Shown here: positions 11,164 to 19,905 of the stretch, in pieces
How the letters are laid out: each line of letters begins with the position of its first letter
How positions within the stretch are numbered: the first letter of the stretch is position 1
Source of the DNA: Desulfobacterales bacterium
GTDB taxonomy: Bacteria > Desulfobacterota > Desulfobacteria > Desulfobacterales > UBA2174
Length of the DNA stretch: 64,000 nt
NCBI GenBank assembly: GCA_963668645.2
Contig: CAXXWC010000019.1
Location: forward strand, 224,001-288,000
Direction of reading: 5' to 3'
Made by a program: the position numbers and the translations under genes
Notes under the pieces: model-generated
Seen by the model: only the letters and a program-made list of their open reading frames with translations
The model's database searches: none
What the model was told of the DNA's origin: nothing

Positions 11164-11594
11164 ATTCTCATTCCAATTCCAGCACATTTCTTATCATCGT
11201 AACGTCAGTATCGCATGGAAGGCCGGGAAAAAGCGCATATATGATCTTCGGTTAAATATGGCCTTTGGGGGCAGGCGGAAACGAAGGTCTTGCAAGCAAT
11301 TTCGACTGTAGGCTGCCCGACTGGACCTGTGGGAGGGGCGGGTACGGCACACAGAACCCTGGCTGCACGAAAACCGACGTAAAAGCGGCAACCCAAGCCG
11401 GTCGCCACTCCTTCCAAGCCGCTATTTTTCAAACGCGCGCGGCACAACCTGATGTAGCAAAGCGACCTCAGGAAGGTTGAGCAGACTTTCGGGACCAGCT
11501 GCACTTTGCACCCTGCAGCTGAATTGGCGGATTGACCTTCACCAGCGGCTTTGGTAGATTTTTTTAGATTATTTAAAAAACAAAACAGGATACC

Positions 11595-13133
11595 ATGTAC
11601 TCCCCCGAAGACAATTCAAAGGACGCCGATCAGGTCCGCCACCCCCTGCGCTTCAAGATCTTTCTCGTCTGCCTGATACCGACCGCGGCCCTGCTGGCCG
11701 CAGCGTTTCTCAACAATCAATATCTCAGCGAGCTGGGCGCGAGCGCCGACCAGATCTTGTCTAAAAACTACAAGAGCATCCGTGCGGCCCAGGAAGCGCG
11801 CAAAACCCTTGAACAGATCCGCAACGTGCTGCTGGGAAAAGCTTCGTCAGGGGCTGCAATCCCGATTCCGGCATCCACTCTTGATACTCTGGCAGTCAAT
11901 CTGGAAGTTTGCCGGCAGAACATCACCGAGAAAGGCGAGCGGGAGTTGATCGATCGGCTGTTCGAACGCCAGAGGCGATATCGGGCGGCGGCCAAGGAAA
12001 TGCAAGAGAACCCCGCAGGCCGGGATGGAGAGAGGCGCCTGGCGGACTTTCTGGGCGTTACTGCCGCCATGGTTGGCCTGATCGATGACATGGTGACCAT
12101 CAACGAAGAAGCCATGGAGCATGCCGAGCAGAAAACCCGGCTGCTGGCCCTCCAGGCCCAGCGCAACGCGGCGGTCCTTTTCGGTGTTGTCATCGTCGCG
12201 ATCCTGGTGCTGAGTTATTTTCTTTCTTACCGGATTGCCCGGCCGCTCATGAACCTGGCGCGCGTTTTGTCCGCGACCAGGGAAGGAAGCGGCTTCTACC
12301 CCACCGTAAAAGCGACGACCAACGACGAAATCGGCTTTCTGACCACCGCGTTCAATCGCCTCTTTAACCGTCTGGAGATTCATGACCGCCACCGCGACGA
12401 TATCCTTGCGGCGGAGAAAGAAAAAGTCCGCTGCAGCGAGGAGGCCAAGGGGAAATTCGTCGCCGACATCTCGCACCAGCTCAAGACCCCGATGACTTCC
12501 CTGTCCATGGGGGTGGGTATGCTTTACGAGCGCGGGCAGCGACTCGGCGCCGAAACCCGTGCCAAACTGATTGCCACGGCCCACGACGACTGCAACCGCC
12601 TTTCGGCGCTGATCAACGAGCTGGTGGACGCATCGCGGTTGGAAGCCCTTTCCCGGCCGCGCCCCAAAGAGACCCTGGATGTGGCAGTGGTTATCCGCGA
12701 ATGCCTGGCGCCCTTGCAGAAACAGGCGGGCGACAAGGGGATCTTTCTGGACATCGACATCGGCACCGGCCTTGAACTGGTGACCATCGATTCGTTTCGC
12801 TTCCCATGGGTCATCACCAACCTGGTGGGCAACGCCCTGCGCTACACGGATCGCGGCGGGCAGATCCGGCTCAGCGCCCGCCAGCGCGGCACGCGCTGCT
12901 ACTTCGCGTGCCGCGATACGGGAAGCGGCATCGACCCGGCCTACCTGCCGCACATCTTCGATCGCTACACCCAGTTTTCAGAGCGCGGCAAAAGCGGTAC
13001 CATCGGGCTCGGTCTGGCCATCGTCAAGGACATCATCGAGCAGCACGGCGGCGACATCCGGGTCCACAGCCTTCCCGGGCAGGGAACGACCTTCACCTTC
13101 TGGATCCCAAGCGGCAAAGAGGAGCTTGCGTGA
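11595..13133 (+). CDS. HAMP-domain sensor histidine kinase
   Basis: Two TM helices, HAMP, H-box SHQLKTPM, NLVGNALRY, DTGSGI, GLGLAIVK. Confidence 0.92.
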   Translation: MYSPEDNSKDADQVRHPLRFKIFLVCLIPTAALLAAAFLNNQYLSELGASADQILSKNYKSIRAAQEARKTLEQIRNVLLGKASSGAAIPIPASTLDTLAVNLEVCRQNITEKGERELIDRLFERQRRYRAAAKEMQENPAGRDGERRLADFLGVTAAMVGLIDDMVTINEEAMEHAEQKTRLLALQAQRNAAVLFGVVIVAILVLSYFLSYRIARPLMNLARVLSATREGSGFYPTVKATTNDEIGFLTTAFNRLFNRLEIHDRHRDDILAAEKEKVRCSEEAKGKFVADISHQLKTPMTSLSMGVGMLYERGQRLGAETRAKLIATAHDDCNRLSALINELVDASRLEALSRPRPKETLDVAVVIRECLAPLQKQAGDKGIFLDIDIGTGLELVTIDSFRFPWVITNLVGNALRYTDRGGQIRLSARQRGTRCYFACRDTGSGIDPAYLPHIFDRYTQFSERGKSGTIGLGLAIVKDIIEQHGGDIRVHSLPGQGTTFTFWIPSGKEELA

Positions 13134-14452
13134 AGACAGCGCTGGTGATCGACGACGATCACAACATCCTGACGATTCTCGAAGTCTACCTGCAAGACCT
13201 GGGAATGGAAGTCACCACCGCATCGAGCGGGGCCGAGGGGCTCGACTGCCTGCGCCGCAAGACACCGGATGTGGTGCTGCTGGACCTGAAGCTGCCGGAC
13301 CATAACGGGCTGGATGTGCTGCGGGAAATCGTGGCCGCCGGAATCCCGACCCAGGTGGTGATGATCACCGCCTATGCCACGTTGGAAACGGCTGTGCAGG
13401 CGGTGAAGATGGGGGCCTTCGATTACCTGCCCAAGCCCTTCGTACCGGGCCAACTCGCTCTCGTGCTGGAACGGGTCAGACGTTTCACCTCCATGGAGGC
13501 CGAGATCGCCGCGCTAAAGGGGGTTTTCTCCGAGGGCGGCATCCTGACCCGCAACCGCCGCATGCGCAAGATCCTCCAAAACGCGCGCCAGGCGGCCGAG
13601 GCCCAGGCCACGGTGCTCATCAGCGGTGAAAGCGGCACCGGCAAGGGGTTGCTGGCCGGCCTGCTCCACGAATGGAGCTCGCGGGCCCAAGGCCCCTTCG
13701 TCACGGTGGACTGCGCTGCACTGCAAGAAAACCTGCTGGAAAGCGACCTGTTCGGCCACACCAAGGGTGCCTTCACCGGGGCTTCCAGGGACAAGGTGGG
13801 CAAGCTGCGCCTGGCCGAGGGGGGCACCGTTTTTCTGGATGAAGTCTCCGAAATCCCGCCTGCAATCCAGGGCAAGCTCCTGCGGTTCTTGCAGCACCGG
13901 GAGTTCGAGCGTCTCGGCGACCCGATCCCCCAAACCGTAGACGTGCGCGTGATCGCCGCCACGAACCGGGATCTGGAAGAACGGGTGCGTGACGGGATCT
14001 TCCGAGAAGACCTCTATTTCCGGCTGAACGTGCTGGAACTTTTCCTGCCCCCGCTGCGGGAGCGTCCCGAAGACATCCCCTTGCTGGCCGAGCACTATCG
14101 CAAGCGATCGGCCCGGCTCAACGACAAGCCGGCAGGCCGCATTACCCCCGAGGCCATGCAGCGGCTCCAGAATTATCCCTGGCCGGGAAACGTCCGTGAA
14201 CTGGTCAATACCATGGAACGCTGCGTCGTAATGGGCGGCGGCACCTTGGGCGTGGAGGGACTGCCTGCCGGCATTGCAAATTACAACCCGGCCGCCGCAG
14301 GGGCGGACCGCTTCGCCAGTTTGGCGGAGATAGAAAAAACCCACATTCAAAGCGTTATCCTGCATACCAATTCGCTGGAGGAAGCCGCACGCGTGCTCGG
14401 GATCGATCCGGCCACCTTGTGGCGCAAGCGCAAACGCTATCAGTTGGATTGA
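13130..14452 (+). CDS. Sigma-54-dependent (NtrC-type) response regulator
   Basis: GTG overlaps kinase stop; receiver, GESGTGKG, GAFTGA, FLDEV, Fis HTH. Confidence 0.92.
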   Translation: MKTALVIDDDHNILTILEVYLQDLGMEVTTASSGAEGLDCLRRKTPDVVLLDLKLPDHNGLDVLREIVAAGIPTQVVMITAYATLETAVQAVKMGAFDYLPKPFVPGQLALVLERVRRFTSMEAEIAALKGVFSEGGILTRNRRMRKILQNARQAAEAQATVLISGESGTGKGLLAGLLHEWSSRAQGPFVTVDCAALQENLLESDLFGHTKGAFTGASRDKVGKLRLAEGGTVFLDEVSEIPPAIQGKLLRFLQHREFERLGDPIPQTVDVRVIAATNRDLEERVRDGIFREDLYFRLNVLELFLPPLRERPEDIPLLAEHYRKRSARLNDKPAGRITPEAMQRLQNYPWPGNVRELVNTMERCVVMGGGTLGVEGLPAGIANYNPAAAGADRFASLAEIEKTHIQSVILHTNSLEEAARVLGIDPATLWRKRKRYQLD

Positions 14453-14457
14453 CCCTC

Positions 14458-14493
14458 TTGCATTTTGCAGGACCGTTTCGTTGCATATTTCAA
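14458..14493 (+). promoter_or_regulatory. Pair of TTGCA-N3-TGCAA-like putative enhancer sites
   Basis: ttgcattttgcag (14458-14470) and ttgcatatttcaa (14481-14493), about 80-110 bp upstream of a sigma-54 promoter; similar ctgcactttgcac at 11499. Confidence 0.5.
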
Positions 14494-14568
14494 GAAACGG
14501 CCCCCGACAAAGCCCGCCTTTTCCCCGCTTTGCGCCTACCCCATAGAAAGTATTACTAAAAACGGATC

Positions 14569-14584
14569 CGGCATCCGTTTTGCC
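14569..14584 (+). promoter_or_regulatory. Sigma-54 -24/-12 promoter
   Basis: cGGcatccgttttGCc, GG-N10-GC spacing. Confidence 0.7.
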
Positions 14585-14650
14585 TATAGACGATCATCCA
14601 TGTACCCGCGGTTGCAGGCCGCCGATTGATCGTCAAGGCAGCAAAGGCTG

Positions 14651-15229
14651 ATGAACCCATCGAAAACAAACCCCTTGGTACTAGTGGCCGCCTTCCTGCC
14701 CGGTTGGAACCCGGTGCGACAGGACGGCGTGCAAACGGTCCGCACGGCACTGGCCTGCATGCACACGGCCACCAGGTGCCGCTACGATATGATCCAGATC
14801 CATAGTACGGTAAACGATGTAATTGCCCGGGCGGACCTGGTCGATCTGGTGGATTGTCTGCGGCATCACCCGGCAAGCCGGCAGACGCCGGTGCTCTTAA
14901 CCCTGGACAGATGGCATCGGACCGTCCTGGCCGAACTGAAAGCAGCCGGGCTGGAGCTTGTCGGTCTGCGCCCACCGGGCAAAGCGGCCGATCCCCTGGC
15001 CCTCTATCACCAATCCACCTGCTGCCGCCTGCGTTTCGATCTCTGCCATGCGCTCTTACAGCTATGCCCCCATTTGAACTATTCGTTTTTCGACGGCGGC
15101 ACGGAACTGGTCACCTGCGGCGCCTACCGTAACCGGATGGTGCTGGGGGGCGAACGGCTGCGATCCGTATGCCAGGCGTCCGTTCACTGTCACTGCGATT
15201 ATTTCATCGAGGCCAAAGCACGGCCATGA
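14651..15229 (+). CDS. Hypothetical protein with Cys/His-rich C-terminus
   Basis: ORF behind the sigma-54 promoter; LCPHL, TCGAYRNR, VCQ..VHCHCDYF; start uncertain. Confidence 0.6.
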   Translation: MNPSKTNPLVLVAAFLPGWNPVRQDGVQTVRTALACMHTATRCRYDMIQIHSTVNDVIARADLVDLVDCLRHHPASRQTPVLLTLDRWHRTVLAELKAAGLELVGLRPPGKAADPLALYHQSTCCRLRFDLCHALLQLCPHLNYSFFDGGTELVTCGAYRNRMVLGGERLRSVCQASVHCHCDYFIEAKARP

Positions 15230-15334
15230 CACCCCCCAGCCGAAGGCCCAAGCCTCAACCCGGCCCCCTTTTGCCCCTGCCTGCCCGCTTGTCCGCCACC
15301 GGCTCTGGGTGAGAGTGCAAAGAAAGGACATATC

Positions 15335-17134
15335 TTGAGATTCAACGTCATCAAACCCGATGCATCGGACGAAGCCAGGGCCACCACCGCCGAGCTGATG
15401 CTGGGCGGGTCTTCACGCAAACGGCTCAGCCAATGGCTGGCCACCGGCATCTGCGGCAACGACATCACCTCTTCGTGCCTCTATGTTTCGGCCATCGCGG
15501 CCGTCTTCGCCGGGGTGCTGGCACCGGTGGTCCTGCTGATGGTCATCGGTGTGCTTTATCTTTACAAGAAAGTCTACATCGAGGTGGTCGAAGCCCTGCC
15601 CCTCAACGGCGGGACATACAACTGTCTGCTCAACTCCACCTCCAAGTTCGCCGCGGCCCTGTCGGCCTGCATGACCATTTTGTCCTACATCGCTACGGCC
15701 GTCATCTCAGCCAAGACCGGCATCGACTACCTTTATTCACTTTATCCGCAATTCAACGTGATGGCCACCACCATCGCCGTGTTGGCGGTCTTTGCCGTTC
15801 TGGCCATCATCGGCATCACCGAGTCGGCTGTGGTGGCGCTGTCGATTTTCATATTGCACATGGCCACCCTGGCGTTGTTCTGTTTCATGGGGGCGTTGAG
15901 CATCCCGGGGGATTTTCACGTCTTCAAGGCCAACCTGGCAACCCTGCCCAACGGCGACGAGCTTATCGTCGCGCTGGCCATGGGATTCAGCGCCGCGCTT
16001 CTGGGCATCAGCGGTTTTGAAAGTTCGGCCAATTTCGTGGAAGAACAGGAGGCCGGGGTTTTCAGAAAGACCCTGCGCAACATGCTCGTGGCCGTGGCCA
16101 TCATCAATCCGCTGATTTCCGTCTTGTCGCTTAACCTGCTGCCCATCGATCAGATCATCGCCTACAAGGAAAACCTGCTGTCCCACATGGCGTTCCTTAT
16201 GGGCGGCCAGGTCTTTCGCGTCTTGCTGGTGATCGATGCCGCCCTGGTGCTGGCCGGCGCCGTGCTGACCAGCTTCGTGGGCGTCACCGGCCTGGTGCAG
16301 CGCATGGCGCTGGATCAGTGCCTGCCTCAGTTCCTGCTGAAAAAAAACAGGCGCGGCACGTCCCACCGGATCATCATTGCCTTTTTCCTCTTGTGCTCAT
16401 CCATCCTCATTGTCACCGGTGGCAACCTGCTCTCCCTGGCCGGGGTCTACACCATCTCCTTTCTGGGGGTCATGACCCTGTTCGGATTGGGCAACATCCT
16501 GCTCAAAATCCGCCGCAAGAAACTCAAGCGCACCTACCGGGCCGGCTGGCCCACCATCCTGGTGGCCATCACCGCCACGAGTCTGGGGATCGTGGGCAAC
16601 GTGATCATCGATTATGAAAACCTGCTGTTTTTCCTGCGCTATTTTATCCCTACGATTTTGTTGGTGGTCATGATGTATCTTCGCATTCCCTTGCTCAAAG
16701 CCATCCTGGACGTACTCAACAACATCATGATCCGGCTGCTGGTCTGGCGGACCATGGTTGTGGATCTCATCAGTGCCATTACCAACCGGAAGGTGATGGT
16801 CTTTACCCGTGGCGGCGATTTGAATCGGCTTCACGCTGCCTTCAATTACATCCACCACAACGAATCAAGCCGTATTATTGTGGTCATTCACCTGTTCAGC
16901 GGACCAGAGGATGACGAAAGCGAGGCCATCCAAAAAAGCCTGGAGATTCTGGGCCGGATCTTCATGAACTATGAGATTGAATTTCATAGCTGTCGGGGCA
17001 GCTTCGGGCCGGATATGATCCAGACTTTGTCGCGGAAATATAACGTGGCGGTAAACAACATCTTCATCGGTGCCCCGGAGGAAAAGCACCATTTTTCCAT
17101 CCAGGAACTGGGAGGTGTGCGGGTCATTTTTTAA
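15335..17134 (+). CDS. APC-superfamily permease with C-terminal soluble domain (KimA-like candidate)
   Basis: About 12 TM segments; GNDITSSCLY, NGGTY, GFESSAN; hydrophilic C-terminal domain. Confidence 0.85.
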   Translation: MRFNVIKPDASDEARATTAELMLGGSSRKRLSQWLATGICGNDITSSCLYVSAIAAVFAGVLAPVVLLMVIGVLYLYKKVYIEVVEALPLNGGTYNCLLNSTSKFAAALSACMTILSYIATAVISAKTGIDYLYSLYPQFNVMATTIAVLAVFAVLAIIGITESAVVALSIFILHMATLALFCFMGALSIPGDFHVFKANLATLPNGDELIVALAMGFSAALLGISGFESSANFVEEQEAGVFRKTLRNMLVAVAIINPLISVLSLNLLPIDQIIAYKENLLSHMAFLMGGQVFRVLLVIDAALVLAGAVLTSFVGVTGLVQRMALDQCLPQFLLKKNRRGTSHRIIIAFFLLCSSILIVTGGNLLSLAGVYTISFLGVMTLFGLGNILLKIRRKKLKRTYRAGWPTILVAITATSLGIVGNVIIDYENLLFFLRYFIPTILLVVMMYLRIPLLKAILDVLNNIMIRLLVWRTMVVDLISAITNRKVMVFTRGGDLNRLHAAFNYIHHNESSRIIVVIHLFSGPEDDESEAIQKSLEILGRIFMNYEIEFHSCRGSFGPDMIQTLSRKYNVAVNNIFIGAPEEKHHFSIQELGGVRVIF

Positions 17135-17236
17135 AAGGCCCGTCTTACGGAAGTTGATATGCCCTGCGGGTCCTGATCCTTGCCGGGCGATCGCCCGGTT
17201 GCGAAACCGTCCGCAATCACCCCTGTTACGGCAGCA

Positions 17237-18571
17237 TCAGGAGCGAACAGATCTGTCCTCCACAAGTTTCTTGCGGTATTCGGATGGGGAAATATTCTCT
17301 TTTTTCTTGAACACTTTCGCAAAATGACTCGGATCCGCATACCCGACCGCCAGGCAGATGTCGATGGTGCTCTGGGTTGTCTCTTTGAGCAGGTTTTTGG
17401 CAATGGATATGCGCACCGACGTCAGATAGTCCATAAAAGATGTGCCCATTTCCTTGCGAAACAGGTGGCTGAGATAATAGGGACTGATTCCCACGGCCTC
17501 AGCCAATTGTTTCAGAGAAATATTCTGGTTATGGTTTTTCCAGATATATTCCTTGGCTTTTGCGAAAATGGCCGTGTGCTGGATATTGCGGTTCTGGTAA
17601 ATGCATTCGAAGAGCTGATTGAAGGCTTTCATCAAAAAATGGTAGAGGGTTTGCTGGGAGTCGTCATTTGAAAGGTTTTGTACGCACTGATATTTGAAGC
17701 CCAAGATTTCTTCCAGGTTCGCCCCCGCTTCCACGGCGGCTCTGGCGATGACGAAAATGATTTCCAGTGCCCTGGCCTTGAGGATTCCGATGTGCTGATG
17801 GCTTCGGAACAGGGCGGTACCCAAAATTTCGTCCAGAAGTGCTTTGGCCTTTTTCCGATCGCCGATTTTGATCAGGTCGATCAGTTCGTTTTCTTTGTAT
17901 ATTTCCCTTTTCGAGGATAGTGGTTGGATCGGCACATCCTCCTCTTCTTCCAATTTTGAAAATTTGCTTAAAAACAATCCCTCGGCAAGCAGCGATTGCT
18001 GGAAGGAGATTTCGTGCTGCTGGTGCATGGTCAGCAAATCGATCTTTGAAAAATAGGTGGCAATCAGAAAAAGCAGATCGGCCGCAGCCTGAACCCTGCG
18101 CTCCGAATAAATGGGAATGTTACCAAGGCTGTCCAGGAGCTGTTGTTCGTCTATGCCGAGGTTCTGGCCCCCATCCACAACGCCCTGCGTGATTTGCGCA
18201 TTGAGCGGACGCAGCAGCATCGGCCCGCAAACGAAGGCCGCCGTACTGCCGTCTCTGCCCTTGAAAGCCGCAGTAAAGGCAATCATCCCCGCATGGCATT
18301 GAAAAATATACGGCTCTCCGGTCTTCACGGAGAGGTTGATGGCCCGGTTGATATCCTGAAGGCAATTGTCCATGCCTAGCTGGCAGCTGCGGATGGTCCG
18401 GCAATAGGAATGTCCGATATCATTGAAGGACCTGACCCCATTTTGGTTCGTGACCGGAAACAGATATACCTCCAACTTCATGGCTTCCCGGAAGGAACCA
18501 AGCATTCGCAGCAGGAGCTTCTCTTCCTGTAAATTGGTCACCAATCTTTTAGGCATAACTTTTTCCGGCAA
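17237..18571 (-). CDS. PocR-sensor AraC-family transcriptional regulator
   Basis: YC..IRS, PYIFQCHAGM, CGP (PocR); C-terminal AraC HTH (ISPYYLSHLFRKEMG..VGYADPSHFAKVFKK); ATG 18556 is an alternative start. Confidence 0.9.
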   Translation of the reverse strand: MPEKVMPKRLVTNLQEEKLLLRMLGSFREAMKLEVYLFPVTNQNGVRSFNDIGHSYCRTIRSCQLGMDNCLQDINRAINLSVKTGEPYIFQCHAGMIAFTAAFKGRDGSTAAFVCGPMLLRPLNAQITQGVVDGGQNLGIDEQQLLDSLGNIPIYSERRVQAAADLLFLIATYFSKIDLLTMHQQHEISFQQSLLAEGLFLSKFSKLEEEEDVPIQPLSSKREIYKENELIDLIKIGDRKKAKALLDEILGTALFRSHQHIGILKARALEIIFVIARAAVEAGANLEEILGFKYQCVQNLSNDDSQQTLYHFLMKAFNQLFECIYQNRNIQHTAIFAKAKEYIWKNHNQNISLKQLAEAVGISPYYLSHLFRKEMGTSFMDYLTSVRISIAKNLLKETTQSTIDICLAVGYADPSHFAKVFKKKENISPSEYRKKLVEDRSVRS

Positions 18572-18583
18572 CGGCGGACTTGC

Positions 18584-19228
18584 TCAGGCTTTCTTTTGTT
18601 CCATCAACTCCCTGGCCTTCTTTACGCCGTCAACGGCATCCACCCCGAACCCGTCGGCCCCGATCTGGTCGGCGAACTCCTGGGTGATGGGCGCGCCGCC
18701 GACGATCGTTTTGACTTTCCCCTTGAGACCGGCTTTGCGCAAGGAGATGATCGTATCCTCCATGGCGTGCATGGTAACCGTATAAAGGCAGGAAAGCAGG
18801 AGAAGGTCCGGTTTGGCGCTTTTGACCATCTTGACGAAATGCTCGGGAGAAACATCGATGCCGAGATCGATGACATCGAACCCCGAGGCCTCCAAAAACA
18901 TCAAAAGGATGTTTTTCCCGATATCGTGAACGTCTCCCCGGACGGTACCGGCGACGGCCTTTCCGATGGCGGGCCCCCTTGTCGCCTTCAACACCGATTG
19001 AAGTGTGCCAAGGGCAAGTTTGGTGGCCATGGCAGACACGAGCACATTGGGGATAAAATATTCATAGGTCTTCCACCTCTCGCCGACGATTGCCAGCCCC
19101 TTGAGAATGCCATCCTCGATGAGGATGGCCGGTGGAATGCCTTCCTGCAAGCACTTCTCAGCTATGGAAACGACTCTTTTCGTGTTTCCCTTGACGATGG
19201 CGCATTCCAGCTGTCGAACCGAATTCAT
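18584..19228 (-). CDS. Corrinoid (B12-binding) protein, copy 2
   Basis: GTVRGDVHDIGKNI, DLGIDV, VGGAPITQEFADQIGADG. Confidence 0.9.
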   Translation of the reverse strand: MNSVRQLECAIVKGNTKRVVSIAEKCLQEGIPPAILIEDGILKGLAIVGERWKTYEYFIPNVLVSAMATKLALGTLQSVLKATRGPAIGKAVAGTVRGDVHDIGKNILLMFLEASGFDVIDLGIDVSPEHFVKMVKSAKPDLLLLSCLYTVTMHAMEDTIISLRKAGLKGKVKTIVGGAPITQEFADQIGADGFGVDAVDGVKKARELMEQKKA

Positions 19229-19419
19229 TGATATCTTCAAAGTGCGGCACCGTTCCACTTGGGGATTGGCAGGCATTCCGGGTTGAAGCCGGCGCTGCCT
19301 GTGGCAGCACTTTCCTTCAGACGGCCGGATATTTAGAGGGCGTGCCATCGGCAGCAGTGCTCCATCCTCCTCTTGCAGAAAAGCTGTGTTTCCTTCCTTG
19401 TGCCGGGCCTCGCTATTCA

Positions 19420-19905
19420 TCACGCTGTTTTTGCTTCACTCGCCGCCTTCGCAATACGCATACGACGGACAACTTTATGCTTCAACTTCTGAAAGACGAA
19501 CCAGAAGTAGATCTCTTGTGGCATATTGGTGCGGGCTTCCTTCAGTACCTGCATACCCTGCCGGGCACAGTTCAACGCCTGGGAAAAGCGGCCCGCATCC
19601 AAGTGCAGGCAGCACATGCGCTGATAGGTGAAGGGCGTCAGGGCCCCCTGCCGCACACCTTTTTCGTAACTTTCCAAAGCCCGCCGGAGGTCACCGATCT
19701 TTTCATAGAGGATACCCAGTTTGTTGTAAATCAGAACCCGACCGGCGCTTCTGGGAGGATAGTGTTCCAGGGCCTTGAAGTAAACATTCTCAGCGTCGCG
19801 GTAATGCGCCTGGTTAAACAGTCTCTGGCCCTCGATCACCGGGCCCAAGGCTTCGATGGTTTCCTGGGAGATGGAGGCCTTCGGTATCAGGTCATGCCAG
19901 CTCAT
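19420..19905 (-). CDS. Tetratricopeptide-repeat protein
   Basis: YNKLGILYEKIGDLRRALESYEKG; overlaps the stop of the upstream gene. Confidence 0.75.
   Translation of the reverse strand: MSWHDLIPKASISQETIEALGPVIEGQRLFNQAHYRDAENVYFKALEHYPPRSAGRVLIYNKLGILYEKIGDLRRALESYEKGVRQGALTPFTYQRMCCLHLDAGRFSQALNCARQGMQVLKEARTNMPQEIYFWFVFQKLKHKVVRRMRIAKAASEAKTA

Noticed and set aside
11315..11350. tgtgggaggggcggg as group II intron domain V/VI
   Set aside because: The 5' strand of domain V with the catalytic triad is not recognisable
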